From assembly GCF_009914755.1 (NCBI RefSeq), contig NC_060936.1: DNA of 64,000 bases, one strand, 5' to 3'. The translations under genes were made by a program, and so were the position numbers. Source of the DNA: the human T2T-CHM13v2.0 reference genome, Homo sapiens. Shown here piece after piece: positions 27,362-40,029 of the stretch (positions are counted from its first letter, which is position 1; every line of letters begins with the position of its first letter). The notes under the pieces were generated by a model. The model did no database searches and was not told the origin of the DNA. It worked only from the letters and a program-made list of their open reading frames with translations.

Positions 27362-30300
27362 AAAATATATGCGGTATTTTTCTTTCTTTGCCTGGCTTAT
27401 TTCACTTAACACAATGACCTCCAGTTCCATTCATATTTTTGCAAATGACATAATTTCATTTTTTTTATGGCTGAATAGTATTCCATTATGTATATATACC
27501 ACATTTGTCTTATACCTTTGTCTGTTGTTGAGCACTTAGTTTAATGCCATACATTTTCTATTGCGAATAGTGCTGCAATAAACATCTAAGTACAGGCATC
27601 TCTTTGATATACTGTCTTTTCCTTTGGATAGATATCTAGCAGTGAGATTGCCGGATCACATGGTAGTTCTACTGTTAGCTTTTCGAGAAATGTCCATGCT
27701 GTTTTCCATAGGAATTGCGCTAACTTACACTTCCACCAACAGCTTATGAGAGTTCCATTTTTTCTTCATCCTTGCCAACATCTTCTTATTTTTTGTCTCT
27801 TTAATAATGGCCATTCTATCAGGGTGAGATGAAATCTCATTGTGGTTTTGATTTGTATTTCCCTCATTGTATTAGTCAGTTTTCACATTGCTATAAAGAA
27901 CTACCTGAGACTAGGTAATTTATAAAGAAAAGAGGTTAATTAACTCAGTTGCACAGGCTATATAGGAAGTATAGTAGCTTCTGCTTCTGGGCAGGAATTA
28001 GGAAGCTTTTACTCATAATGGAAGGCAAAGCAGGAGCAGACATCTTACATGGCAGGAGCAGGAGCAGTAAAGAGAGAGAGGAGGTGCCACACACTTTTAA
28101 ACAACCACATCTGATGAGAACTGTATCATGGGAACAGCACTATGGGATGGTGCTCAGCCATTCTTGAGAAACTGCTCCCATGGTCCAATCACCTCACCTC
28201 TCATCAGGCTCCACCGCCAACACTGGGGATTACAATTCAACATGAAATTTGGACAGACACAGATCCAAACCACATCACTTGTGATCAGCAGTATTGAGCT
28301 TTTTTTTTTTTCTTTAACATATCTATTGGCCATTTGTATGTCTTCTTTTGAGAATTCTCTGGTTATGTGGAAATTTATCTTTGCTCATTTATTAATGGGA
28401 TTATCTTTTTTTTCTGTTGAGATATTTGAGTTCCTTGTATATTCTGGATATAATCTCCTGTCAGAGCAGCTACTTAAAAATATTTTCTCGTATTTGACAG
28501 ATGGACTCTTCACTCTGTTGATTGCCACTTTTGCTGTGCAGAAGCTGTTTTAGTTTAATATAGTCCAATTTGTCTATGTTTTTTGCTCTTGTTGATTTTG
28601 CTCTTGAAGTCTTACCTGTACAATAATTGCCTAATGTCCTGAAGAGTTTTCTCTATAATTTTTCTAGTGTTTTTATAGTTTCAGGTCTTACATTTAAGTC
28701 TTTAATCCATCTTGAGTTGATTTTTATATATGAGGAGAGATAGGGGTCCAGTTTCATTCTTCTTCATGAGGTTATCCAGTTTTTCCCTAATGTATGTTCT
28801 TGATTTGTTGAAGATCAGTTGACTGTAAATATATGGATTTATTTCTGGGTTTTCTATTCTGTTCCATTGGACTATGTGTCTGCTTCTTTTTGTTTGTTTC
28901 TTTGTGGACTATGAATAATCTTTTCAAACTGCTTCCTGAGGTATTTCTAAAACTGTTTTCTGCCTCATACATCAAGGAAATAGTGAGGTCTACAGGACTG
29001 TCCACATAAGATATTCATGTATGGTCCTTCTATGCATCGTTTATTGAGAGTGTTCTTCATGAAGGGTGTTGAATTTTGTCAAATGCTTTTTCTGCATGTA
29101 TTGAGATGATCATGTGGTTTTTGTCTTTCATTCTGTTTATGTGATGTATCACACTTATTTATTTGTATATGTTGAACCATGCTTGTATCAACAATGAAAT
29201 CCCAGTTGATCATGTGTTATCTTTTTGATGTACTTTTGAATATGGTTTGCTAGTATTTTGTTGTGGATTTTTGCATCTGTGTTTATCAAGGATATTGGCC
29301 TGTAGTTTTTGTTGTTATGTCCTTTTCTGGTTTTGGTATCATAATAATGGTGGTCTCATAGAATGAGTTAGGAAGAACTTTAATTTTTTTGAAATCGTTT
29401 GAGGCGGATTGATATTAGTTCTTTTATAAACATTTGGTAGAATTCTGTAGTGAATCCAATATCCTGGGCTTTTCTTTGTTGTGAGAATTTTTATTATGGG
29501 TTCAATCTCATTATTCACTATTGTTCTATTCTGATCTTCTATTTATGTCTGATTTAATCTTGGTAGATTGCATATTTTCAGGATCTTATGTATTCCCTCT
29601 TGATTTTCCAGGTTTTATTTTTTAGCATATAGTTGTTCCTAATGGAGTCTGAAAATCTTTTCTATTTCTGCAGTATTAGTTTTAATGTTTACTTTTTCAT
29701 CTCAAAATTTATTTATCTGAGTCTTCTTTTATTTACTTAGTCTAGTTGTGATCTATCAATTTTTTATGTTTTTGAAGAATTAATTTTTAATTTTGTTCAT
29801 CCTTTTAATTTTTGTAGTCTCTATTTTGTTTAATTCTGCTCTGGTCTTTTATTTTCTGCTTCTAATTTGGGCTCTTGCTTTTCTTGTTGCTTGAGGTGCA
29901 TCATTCAATTATTTATTTGAAGTCTTTCTGTTTTTTCAGATGTAGGTACTTATTGCTAAAAACTTTTTTCTTAGCACTGCTTTTGCTGAGATACACACGT
30001 TTTGGTATGTTGGTTTTTAAATTTTAATTTATTCCAAGAAATTTTTTGATTTCCACTTTAATTTCTTCATTCAGTAGCATGTTAATTTCCATGCATTTGC
30101 ATAGTTCCAAATTTCATTTTTTAAATTGATTTCTAGTTTTATTTTATTATGGTTTGAGAAGACACTTGACATGATTTTAATTTTTTAAAATTTGCTGAGA
30201 CTTATTTTGTAGCTTACCATATGCTCAGTACTGGAGAATGTTTTATGTGCTTATGAGAAGAATATGTATTCTGCAGGTGTTGGATAAATGTTCTGTAAAT

Positions 30301-32814
30301 GTCTGTTAGGTCCATAGGTAGAAATTTCACTTTTAGTCTAATTTTTTGTTAATTTTTTGTCTAGGTGATCTATTTAATGCTCAGAGCGGGGTGTTGCAGT
30401 CCCTTACATTATTGTATTGTAGTATATCTTTTTAGATCTAGTAATATTTCCTTTATAAATATGCATGTTCCAGTGTTGAGTGCCTATGTATTTAGAATTG
30501 TTATATTTTCTTGATAGATTGGTATTTTTATCATTATATTCATTACATTGTGAACTTTTTTGTCTTTTTTGGTTTTTACTGTTTTTGACTTAAAGTCCAT
30601 TTTATCTGATATAAGTATAGCTACTGCTGCTTGCTTTTGGTTTCCATTTGTGTGGAGTATCTTTTTCTATCCCTTTATTTTGAGTCTATATGTGTTTTTA
30701 CAGGCAAAGTGAGTTTCTTGTAGGCAGCATACCATTGGATTATTAAAAAAAATTTATCCAACCAGTTTATAACTTTTTAGTGAAGAATATAATTCATATA
30801 TGTTTAGGGTTAATATTGATGCTTATGTTTTGTTCCTGTCATATGGTTTAATTATTTTCTGTTTGTTTTTTATACTCCTTTTTCCTGTCTTTTTCTCTTA
30901 CTGTCTGTCCTTGTGGTTTGTTGATTTTCTGTGGTGGTACCATTTGAGTCTATTTGTTTCTAATTTGTGTGTTTGCTTTGTTTGTGAGTTTTGTATTGTT
31001 GTGTGTTTTTGTGATGGTAACTGGCATCGTTTCACGTTCAGGTTTAGGACTCCCTTGAGCATTTCTTGTAAGGTAGGTCTAGTGGTGGTGAATTATCTCA
31101 GCATTTGCCTTTCTGGGAAAGAAGTTATTTCTCCTTCATTTATTACAGATAATTTTCTTGAATATAGTATCTTTGGGTGGCAGTTTTCTTCTTTCAGCAC
31201 TTTGATTATATCCTCCCATTCTCTCCAGGCCTATAAGTTTTCTACTAAGAAGTACACTGTTAATCTGATGGGTGCTCATTTATAGGTGAGTAGATGCTTT
31301 TCTCTTGCAGGTTTTAGAATTTTCTCATTGTCAATGACTTTATGCAGTTTGACTATAATGTGACATGGAGAAGCCCTTTTTGCATTGTACTGTTTAGGAA
31401 TACTGGGTCTTCTGTATCTGGATGTCTCAGTCTCTTGCTAGACTTTGTACTTTTTAATCTATTATTTCATTGAACAGGTTTTGAAAAACTTCCATTCTCT
31501 CCTCACTTTTGGGGATGATGATAACACATATATTTGGTTGCTTTATGGTATTCCATATAGCATGAAGAATTTGTTCAGGTTTTAAATTCTTTTTTCTTTG
31601 TTTTTGTCTGGGTGGGTTATTTAAAAAGGTCTGTTTTCAAGTTCTGAGATTGTTTCTTTTGTTTGACCTAGTCTATTGTTGAAGCTTTTGTGTGTATTTT
31701 GTATGTCATTCAAGGAATGCCTCATTTCTAAAATTGTGTGTAGTTCCTTTGAAATGTGTGTCTTTGGCAAATTTCTCATTCTGAGTGTTCTGCAATTGTT
31801 TTCTTTGTATATTTAATTCTCTTGTTTCTCCCTGAGCTTCTTTAGTTTCACAATTTTGAATTTCTTTTTTAGGATTTCCTGAATTTCCTTAATTGGAATC
31901 TGTTTCTGGAGAATTATGGTATTCCTTTGGAGGTGTTATATTTCCTGATTTTCATGCTTCCTGTGTCCTTCTGTTGATGTCTACGCCTCTGGTGTAATAG
32001 TTGCTTCTTTCAGTTTTTTTAATTTGATTTTGTCAGGGATAATTTTCTCTTGAGGATGCCTCAATGGCGTTGGTAAGGTGTGGCACTTTGACTAACTTGG
32101 GGTGCAACTGGTAGTGTAATTTCTTATAATTCCTTTTTCTGTAAACAATATCAGTGGTATCTGTGATTTCCTCAATGGTTTAGGATGTAATTATTAGTGG
32201 AGGTCATGGTGAAGTTTTCCTTGGGACAGGGATGCCAGGTTTGCCCATCTTTATTGGGCTGAGAAGCAGTGGCAGCAATAGGCAGAGTTTGCCTGATCTT
32301 GGGCTCCAGGGTGGCATATGCTGGTGCTGGTGTTAGTGGGACCAGGTGGGCTAATTCTTGGGTCTCCAGATGGTATGCTTGGATACTGGTATCGGCAACT
32401 ATGGGCTGGGCATGTAAGTGGATTCCCTGGTCCTTGGGAAGTCAGCATGGTGTGGTTAATGGCAGTAACAGTTGTGGAATGACCCTCTGGGTCCTAAGTG
32501 GCGTGCACTGGTGTTGGTGGTGGCTGTGGTGTGGGTTTGCCATCCATGGTCCTAGAACACAGCTTTGACTCTCTTGCTCTCTACAGCAGAGTTCAGGTGG
32601 GTAGAGGAGCCCACTCATGGTTTGGATTGCTTCAGTCTACAGTGGAAATGTGGACTGCTGAAATTCTCTCAATTATGCTTCCCCTAAAATGCCTAGCCCC
32701 TCTGAGCTCCTGGCTGATGTTGGAGGAGCTGGCTGCTTCCTTTTTCTCTTCCTGTGCTTTAGGTGTTTCCCAGACTTCTCTGTTGAACTATAGTGTTTTC
32801 TCCTAGATGTTCTA
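27362..32814 (-). mobile_element. Second L1MA-type LINE-1 (antisense), lacking both termini, with internal deletions
   Basis: Colinear with 6458-14409 across ORF2, ORF1 and 5'UTR (e.g. 29081-29380 vs 9721-10025; 32755-32814 vs 14255-14320). No tail or TSD seen. Confidence 0.9.
27868..28277 (-). mobile_element. MSTA/MSTB solo LTR nested in the second L1MA
   Basis: 'tgtattagtcagttttcacattgctataaagaactacctgagact' to 'atccaaaccacatca'; TSD ctcat/cttgt, compatible with an ancestral ctcgt. Confidence 0.92.
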
Positions 32815-32819
32815 GTAAT

Positions 32820-34030
32820 CCTCTGGTAATATTATGTATCTTAAAGCTTACATTGTCTGATATTATTTTGGACCAATCATCCATCTTAGGTTTATTTTCA
32901 TAGTATATCTTTTGCCAGGTACCTACTCTAGACCTATCTGTCTTTATATTTAAAATGCATCTCTTATTGACAGTATTTGTTAATGCTTTTTAATCTATTC
33001 TAATAATCTCCACCTTTTAATTGAAGTGTTCATTTCTATTTGACTTTCTGTTATTGTCCAAGAGGGCACTAGAGCTTTCTAATTTTCTCTCTTTTTTTCT
33101 CTGCATTCTTCAGGTTGAATATTTTCTATTAATTTATTTTTCTATTTAGGAATTATTTCCTATGTCATCCTCATTATGTTATTAATCCCATCTAGCTAAT
33201 ATTTCTTTTATCTTTTGTGTTTTGCAATTCTAGAATTTCCACTTTTAATATAGTTTATATTTCTCTACAGAGGTTTCTTCATTTTAAGCATTTCTCATTT
33301 ACCTCAATAAGTATAAGAAATTCTTAAAACTTCTTGCCTTGTAATTCTAAAATTTGAGTTATCTCATAGTAGTCTTGATTGTCTTTCCTCATGAAACAAC
33401 TCAGATTGTGGAATTTGTCACATTTTTCTGGATCTTCATATGTCAAATAATTTTGGGTTGCATCATAGGTATTTTGATGCTATATTATGAAGACTATGGA
33501 TTCTGTTATACTATGTGTTTCTTCAGAGTACTTTTGTTCTTGTCTTACTGGGCAAGTAACTTTTTAGGAATCAAACTACAAATTTTATTTTGTAGGTGGG
33601 AGCTCAGATCATAGTTCATTTTTAAAAATCTTTACCTGGACTGTTTTGAATCTGTTCTATGCATGCATGGCTTATTGGTCAGATAATTGGGAAGATTTAC
33701 ACACAAAATTTGAAATTCCAACTCTCTACGACTCTTCTTTCTGGGATTTCCTCATCATTTTCCTTTTGATAAATTGATTTATCTAAATCTTCAAGTCAGA
33801 AAAACTACAGATTTTCTATTGGCATTTTTATGGCATTTTAGTGCTGCATGTTATAAAAACCATCAGCTAATTTCTTGCAATCCATTCTTTCAACTTTCAA
33901 ATTCCCTCCAGAATCTGCCTATTTTTTTATTCTCATGCATTCAAATAATGCTTTAAGAAATATTTTACTTAGAGTTTCACATGCTACCTTCAGTGGGGTC
34001 AAGTAAGATAGGAGCTTATTCAGGCATATC
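32820..34030 (-). mobile_element. Older L1M (ME/MC-type) fragments
   Basis: T-rich L1-like sequence such as 'tctttatatttaaaatgcatctcttattgacag...taatctccaccttttaattgaagtgtt'. Confidence 0.5.
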
Positions 34031-34192
34031 AGTATAACTATCATCTCATGTACTCTTAAACTGTTAAACAAGACTTTTGACTATATTCTAATACCATATT
34101 ATACAATTCGGCAGAAGATTGATGTTTCCATGAACTGAGAGGATCTGCAACACTTGGGTTATGCATTAAATGGACTCAAATTTCTTTTGCCT

Positions 34193-34222
34193 TTGTTGTT
34201 GTTGTTGTTGTTGTTGTTGTTT
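34193..34222 (+). repeat. (TTG)n microsatellite
   Basis: About 9-10 units read directly. Confidence 0.9.
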
Positions 34223-36439
34223 GGGATTCCTTTTCTAGAGATTTCATCTTTTCTACAATCCTGGACAACAGGAAAACGGCACCCATCACCATTTGGATTC
34301 TTCATAGCCCAGATGACGTAACGCCACATGATTTGAGCTGTGTTTGAAAAACGTAGTTAAAAAAAAAAACAAAAAAAACCGTGAGAAAAGTCCGGAAATG
34401 GTGCCCTTTGACTATGTGTGATTAAGTAAAATAATTCTGTGACAACTAAAATACTTTATTTTTTTCCTTGTTAATTTCAGCTATATGCTCGCCTTTTGTG
34501 CTATTAGACAAAAGAACTCTGAGCAAGTCAGAAATGTTTAAATCAACAAGTCTTGACTTAATTGATAAGTGTGTATGTTTTTCTTTTAAGCTTGAGGCCA
34601 ACTTTGTCTCCTTGGGAGAAACATTCCATTATTAAAATTTACCTACTTAATCTACCTACTGTATTCATCTGTTAGCTATACTCTTAGAAAGACAAAAGAA
34701 ATACAAAAATAATGATGAAAAATAAACCTTTGCCACAAAATTCCCTTAGCCTATTATTATTGAAATACGTTTTTGAATAAATTTTCATCCAAGATTTAAG
34801 GTAATGACTTTACTGAACTTTGTAGTGGTAAATAATAATAAACCAAAAAAAAAAAAAATCTTTACTTACTAGCAAGACTATTGTCAAAATTGTTCCATAA
34901 TACCAGCAAGGTTTTAGGGGAAAATTTATTCCCAATGTGGGCTAGTATTTTCCACAGGAAACGGTGGTTCAAGACTCATACTAATTTTGTCCATGGGAAT
35001 TTAAAACAAGACACATTTTCGTGGTTTAGGTTACACATAGTCATTTGGAAGCCAAAACCCGACTTTAATATCCCCCAAAGAACCGTGATTTGAAAGGATT
35101 CTTTTTCTCAGGGTAGATACAGTTGTAAAAAAAGTATTACTTTTTTTAAAGTGAACATTCTAATTAAAATGAACACCAACACACTGAGCTCCTTTAGAAT
35201 TGTTCCAAAGGGAAATATTCTGTTCTAATTAATCTTTCATATAAATTCTTTTACTGCTGCTCTTTGATTCAACTGAGCATTTATATAATTTTGGAATAAT
35301 AAATACCCAGGATAAATGAGAGCCATTATGCATTATTTTCTGAAGAAGTTGAAAGTCTTTGAATAGCACATTTTAAAAATGTAGGTTTTTAAAACAATTC
35401 CAAGCTTTTATGTTTTTGGAATCCTGTCCATAATTTTCTTGACAATTGTAATAAAAATATCATTAATATTTCACTTTAATGATATAGTGCTCTGGAATAA
35501 AATTATAATAGAACAAAATTTCTTCTGAAGAGCTGTACCACACCCCATAATCATGCTAAATGAATTCGTTATGATTAGTTTTATGAGCCTCAGACGGAAA
35601 ATTAGAGTTTGGGTCATTCTAGAAAAGGAAATCATTTTTATTATTTTAAAAGTGATATATTAAAATTTTTCTTATATTGTTGTTACCTCTAGGTCAATTT
35701 GGAAAATCCTGGTTTGTTATCACAGTGCTTCTTATTAACATATTTCCGAGTTCCTTCTTGAATGAAGTTTGAGAATTAATCTTGTAAGTGATTTTGTACT
35801 GTGTTCTGTTATTCTAATGAAACTCCCAAATTCAGATGTCTCTGATTTCAGTACCTTCTACTTCTCTTGGTCCCTACTATTGTAATGAATAGAAAGGGTC
35901 TCCTTTATTGAGAAGTTAAAAGACAATTAACTATAGATAAATATCCACAGAAACCTAAATAATATGCCAGCAGGTATAGAATTGCTTGCCTATATCCAAG
36001 GCAATTATCTGTTTCAGTGGAGACCAATAACTATCACCCCCAGCATCCCTACTCAAGAGAGGAGCATGTTCCAGCCTTACCAAAACTGAGAATAAAGTAA
36101 GATGGTAATGGTGGAGGCAACAGAAGGGAACCATAGATAAAGAAATTGAAAGAAGACTGGTTGATAGCATCATCATAAAATTCTGCCATATATATGCCTC
36201 TGGCAGTTGCCTGGATTTTCACATTCACCTTCTGGCACTGGAAGAAGAGATTATTTATATATTTTTACTTTATTGTTTTTAGTTATTTTGTGCCAGATTG
36301 GCTTTTTATTCCATTGAGTCTGAGTTTATTTACAGGGTTGTCTAAAATACATTCTGAGTTTCCAAAACCTTTGTTTTGACTCAGAAACATTGACTGAGTG
36401 CCTGCTGTTGCCAGGCATGCTGGCTGGCAAGAGGAAGAA

Positions 36440-36645
36440 GTCAAATATATAGTTGAGTACTTATGTGACAGGCACTATTCTAAGTGCCTTGTAAAGATAC
36501 TTTCCTAGGAATAGTATAATTATTAGCATCTCTCTTTAATAGATGAGAAAGCTGAGGCACAGAATACCAAAAGTCACATGGTGTTAAGTGGATTTGGGCC
36601 CATGTACTCTCTTTGAAGCAGGTGTACTGAACCTACTTACACTGT
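36440..36645 (-). mobile_element. MIR
   Basis: 'caggcactattctaagtgcctt...atagatgagaaagctgaggcacaga'. Confidence 0.7.
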
Positions 36646-36666
36646 GGTGTAGCTCACAGATAAGCT

Positions 36667-36769
36667 GCAGTCCATGCAGCTAAAAACCTTCCAGGTCCAT
36701 CTCCCAAGACGCCATCCTTGCAGCTAAAAACAAATTCAGACATGGGAGGTTTTTAGCTGCAAGGATTGC
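36667..36769. repeat. Inverted-repeat element, MITE-like, with 31-bp terminal arms
   Basis: 36667-36697 matches the reverse complement of 36739-36769 at 27/31; an internal third copy 36714-36731 pairs perfectly (18 bp) with 36749-36766. Confidence 0.85.
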
Positions 36770-37407
36770 TTTGCTCATATATTGAGCAAAGTACATTTCC
36801 CACTATGCTTAAAAGGCTCAGTATGTGTCATAAAGGCTAAATATTTTATTCTGAGTGAGGGCTTTTGCTTATGTGATCCCATAGCACCCACACATCACTT
36901 ACTCCATCTGTATTCCCCAAAGAACTGTCAGCTCCTTGAGGGCAGGAGTTCTATCATGCATGCAATTATACTTCTAGTGCCTGTGCAAGGAATAAGTCTT
37001 CCAATGTCTGTCTGGAGTTAGACCTGGCATCCAATGACTTTTTCTAGTTTAATGACTTGCTAATGGACATGCTACTGAATCTCTTGTGCTCTCTAAAATG
37101 AGAAAAGTATTATTTTTTTTTAAATGAGGGCAATGCAAATCTACCTCTGGTTTGTAGTGAACAATGAACAAGATGAGATATGTAGAAAGCATGTCACATA
37201 TATAATGTTCAATAAAATGTTCAATGCGATGTTCCATAAAAAAACATTGGTTGCCTCTTTTGCAACATTTATTCAATAAATACTTATTTACTGAATAATC
37301 CCACACAATATTTATTTTTCACATGGTCTCCAGAGAGAACTAGTATGCACAATAGTGACATTTTGTTTCTCTTTTGTTTTTCTCTTCCCCAGTTATGGGA
37401 GGAGGTC

Positions 37408-37830
37408 TGTTTCAAGGAGGGCAGGTCTATGCAAACCTTACACCAAAGTTTGAGGAAGCTGAAAGGCTGAAGAAAGAGGCTGACAAACCCAGTTTCTTAG
37501 GAGAAAACACTTAACAGAGACTTACAAACAAGAGCTATGTTTGTGTCTCCAGCAGTGGTGAGACAAGATGGTGGATCTCCATGCCATTACCCCTCAGAAC
37601 CAGGACTTATCTACCACAGAGAAGGGGTTGTTCAGAAGGGATGTATAGGACAACTGAAGTATGATAACTTCGAGGTTGTTTGACCTAAGAACAGGATTTG
37701 TAGTAAGTACCTGGTATTACACAGGAACCATAGATAAACTGGAAATCCTAGAGGCCCTCCCAGAACTAGGGTTAATCAGAAGCCAACATGGTGGATTAGC
37801 ATCCAAAGTGGACTTGCTTTAGCCTCTACA
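37408..37830 (-). mobile_element. LTR47A-like solo LTR
   Basis: Reverse complement starts 'tgtagaggctaaagcaagtccactttggatgctaatccaccatgttggcttctgattaaccc' and ends 'gtttgcatagacctgccctccttgaaaca'. Confidence 0.8.
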
Positions 37831-38831
37831 GAGTCTCAAAAATAATGAAATTCTCTTAAACTTTTGCAATCTCTTTACGCATATGAAGAGATAATAAGCC
37901 AGGAATATCTCCTGTGCATTGCAGAGACATAAAGCCCTAGCAAAAGCTGCTCTACCCTTCCATATATGTCCTTGACTCTGCAGCATCACCATCATTGCCT
38001 AGTCAATGTCTGGTCTTTTCTCTAATTTCTCGTTTTGTTCTAATTCCCAGTCTTTGGAATATCTAGACCTTGACAGAGATTTATATACATTTCATGTGTT
38101 TCACCTAAGGTGGTTTGCATTCTCTGCCACACATGGGTTCATAGGAGGTCACAGCCCTAAAAACAATAACCTTTGATGGGGTTCAGGACACACTACCCTA
38201 AAATATGCCACCTTGGCTTTGGAGCAAACAGCAGAAACAGGGAGATCACTCTCACCTTCCCCTTACCCTTCTCCCTTTGTTACAGTAGGTAATAGGCAGA
38301 TATGAGCAGGGCAAGAAAGGGCTCCCCTCCACAACCAGGAATGTCAAGCAACCATCAGGTGATGGTCAGGCGGTTGTTACACTGTCTCTCCAAAATAAAA
38401 GTTGGTCACAGCTGGCACTAAGGAATGGCAGTCTCCCAATAGATAGAAAAAAACCTGAAACTAGTGAACAGCAGCTTTCTGATAAGATCTCAGGAGTTGG
38501 GCAAGTGGGCTCAAGCAGGTGCACTAAGAGGCAAAAGGGCAAGGTTTAACTGGTACATGAAGTTTTAGGGACATTCAACTGGTAAGGGAAGGGCGCCTCA
38601 AGTGAGCATGTGGACAACTCCAGTGAACACACCATGCATGCAGTCCCTCCCAAGTGCTGGCAGGCCGCTGTGCATGCAGACAGCCCACCTCAAGGGAAGA
38701 ATCAGGGGAGACATAACAGAAGACCCTGGATGCATGCCACCATATAAAACCCCAAGCCAAAGGTCAAACCAGGCACTTAACTCTTTCAAGTCACCCACTT
38801 GGCCCTCTTCCAAGTGTACTTTACTTCCTTT

Positions 38832-39470
38832 TAAGAGGTGAAGCCAGCTGGGCTTCTGGGTCGGGTGGGGACTTGGAGAACTTTTGTGTCTAACTAAAGG
38901 ATTGTAAATGCACCAATCAGCGCTCTGTATCTAGCTAAAGGATTATAAATGCACCAATCAGCACTCTGTAAAATAGACCAATCAGGAGGATGTGGGTGGG
39001 GCCAAATAAGGGAATAAAAGCTGGCCACCCGAGCCAGCAGCGGCAACCTGCTCAGGTCCCCTTCCATGCTGTGGAAGCTTTGTTCTTTTGCTCTTCACAA
39101 TAAATCTTGCTGCTGCTCACTCTTTGGGTCCACACTACCTTTATGAGCTGTAACACTCACTGCGAGGGTCTGCGGCTTCATTCCTGAAGTCAGTGAGATC
39201 ACGAACCTGCCGGAAGGAACAAACAACTCCGTATGCACCACCTTTGAGAGCTGTAACCCTCACTGTGAAGGTCTGCAGCTTCACTCCTGAAGTCAGCGAG
39301 ACCAAAAACCCACCAGAAGGAAGAAACTCCAGACTCATCTGAACATCTGAAGGAACAAACTCTGGACACACCATCTTTAAGAACTGTAACACTCACCGCA
39401 AGGGTCCGCAGCTTCATTCTTGAAGTCAGTGCGACCAAGAACCCACCGGAAGGAACAAATTCCAGACACA
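38832..39470 (+). mobile_element. LTR12 (ERV9) solo LTR, LTR12F-like
   Basis: 'agaggtgaagccagctgggcttctgggtcgggtggggacttggagaac'; repeated 'aaatgcaccaatcagc' units; three U5 'gctgtaacactcac' repeats; perfect 4-bp TSD cttt (38828-38831 / 39471-39474). Confidence 0.93.
38890..39104 (+). promoter_or_regulatory. LTR12 U3/R promoter motifs
   Basis: CCAAT at 38913, 38954 and 38978; GC-box-like gggtggggcc 38994-39003; TATA-like AATAAAA 39013-39019; poly(A) signal AATAAA 39099-39104. Activity not demonstrated. Confidence 0.6.
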
Positions 39471-40029
39471 CTTTCATTCCTGCCCTGAAACTTTTTAATA
39501 AACTTTCACTCCTGCTCTAAAACTTGCCTCAGTCTCTCACTCTGCCTTATGTCCCATTGGTCAAATTATTTCTTCTGAGGAGGCAAGAATTGAGGTTGCT
39601 GCAGAACCGTACAGATTCACTGCCACTAACACCCTGAAGCAGGTCATAAAACCTTCATTCTAGAGTTGCCCCCTGTACCCAATGAAAAGAAGTATTCTTA
39701 TCCTTGAAGCCACAGAGGTGCCAAGAAGAATCTGAAAAACAGACATTGTTAAAGTCCCCAGTTTATTACCATTAGATCATACCTCCTTTGTCCAATCATA
39801 CTTCCCACAACTGTCGACCTCATTAACCTTAGCATAAAAATACCCAGGTTTCCCTGTTTCTTTGGGTCTTTGTTTCCTAGTGAAGGCTATTGTGTTGCCT
39901 AAAATTTACATTAAATAAATTTGTATACTTTTCCTTGTTAATCTGCCATTTGTTATAGGGGGCTCAGCCTGAACCTTGTGATGGGTGAGAACAAGATAGT
40001 ACTTCTTTTCTCCCTCTACTACCATTTAC

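Larger units (their letters stand above)
38278..39631 (+). mobile_element. MER50-like LTR, split by LTR12
   Basis: 'tgttacagtaggtaataggcagatatgagcagggc' to 'gaggttgctgcagaaccgtacagattcactgccactaaca'; TSD cctt/ccct. Confidence 0.85.
38174..40020 (+). mobile_element. MER31-like LTR, split (38174-38277 and 39632-40020)
   Basis: 'tgatggggttcaggacacactacccctaaaatatgccaccttggc...cccttctccc' resumes as 'cctgaagcaggtcataa...'. Confidence 0.8.

Noticed and set aside
30800-31285. 161-aa hydrophobic ORF resembling a membrane protein
   Set aside because: Antisense reading of T-rich L1 sequence.
35457-35485. 10-bp inverted repeat atatcattaa/ttaatgatat
   Set aside because: Short and AT-rich; expected by chance.
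39138-39470. Three tandem repeats of about 100-135 bp
   Set aside because: Normal U5 repeat structure of LTR12.
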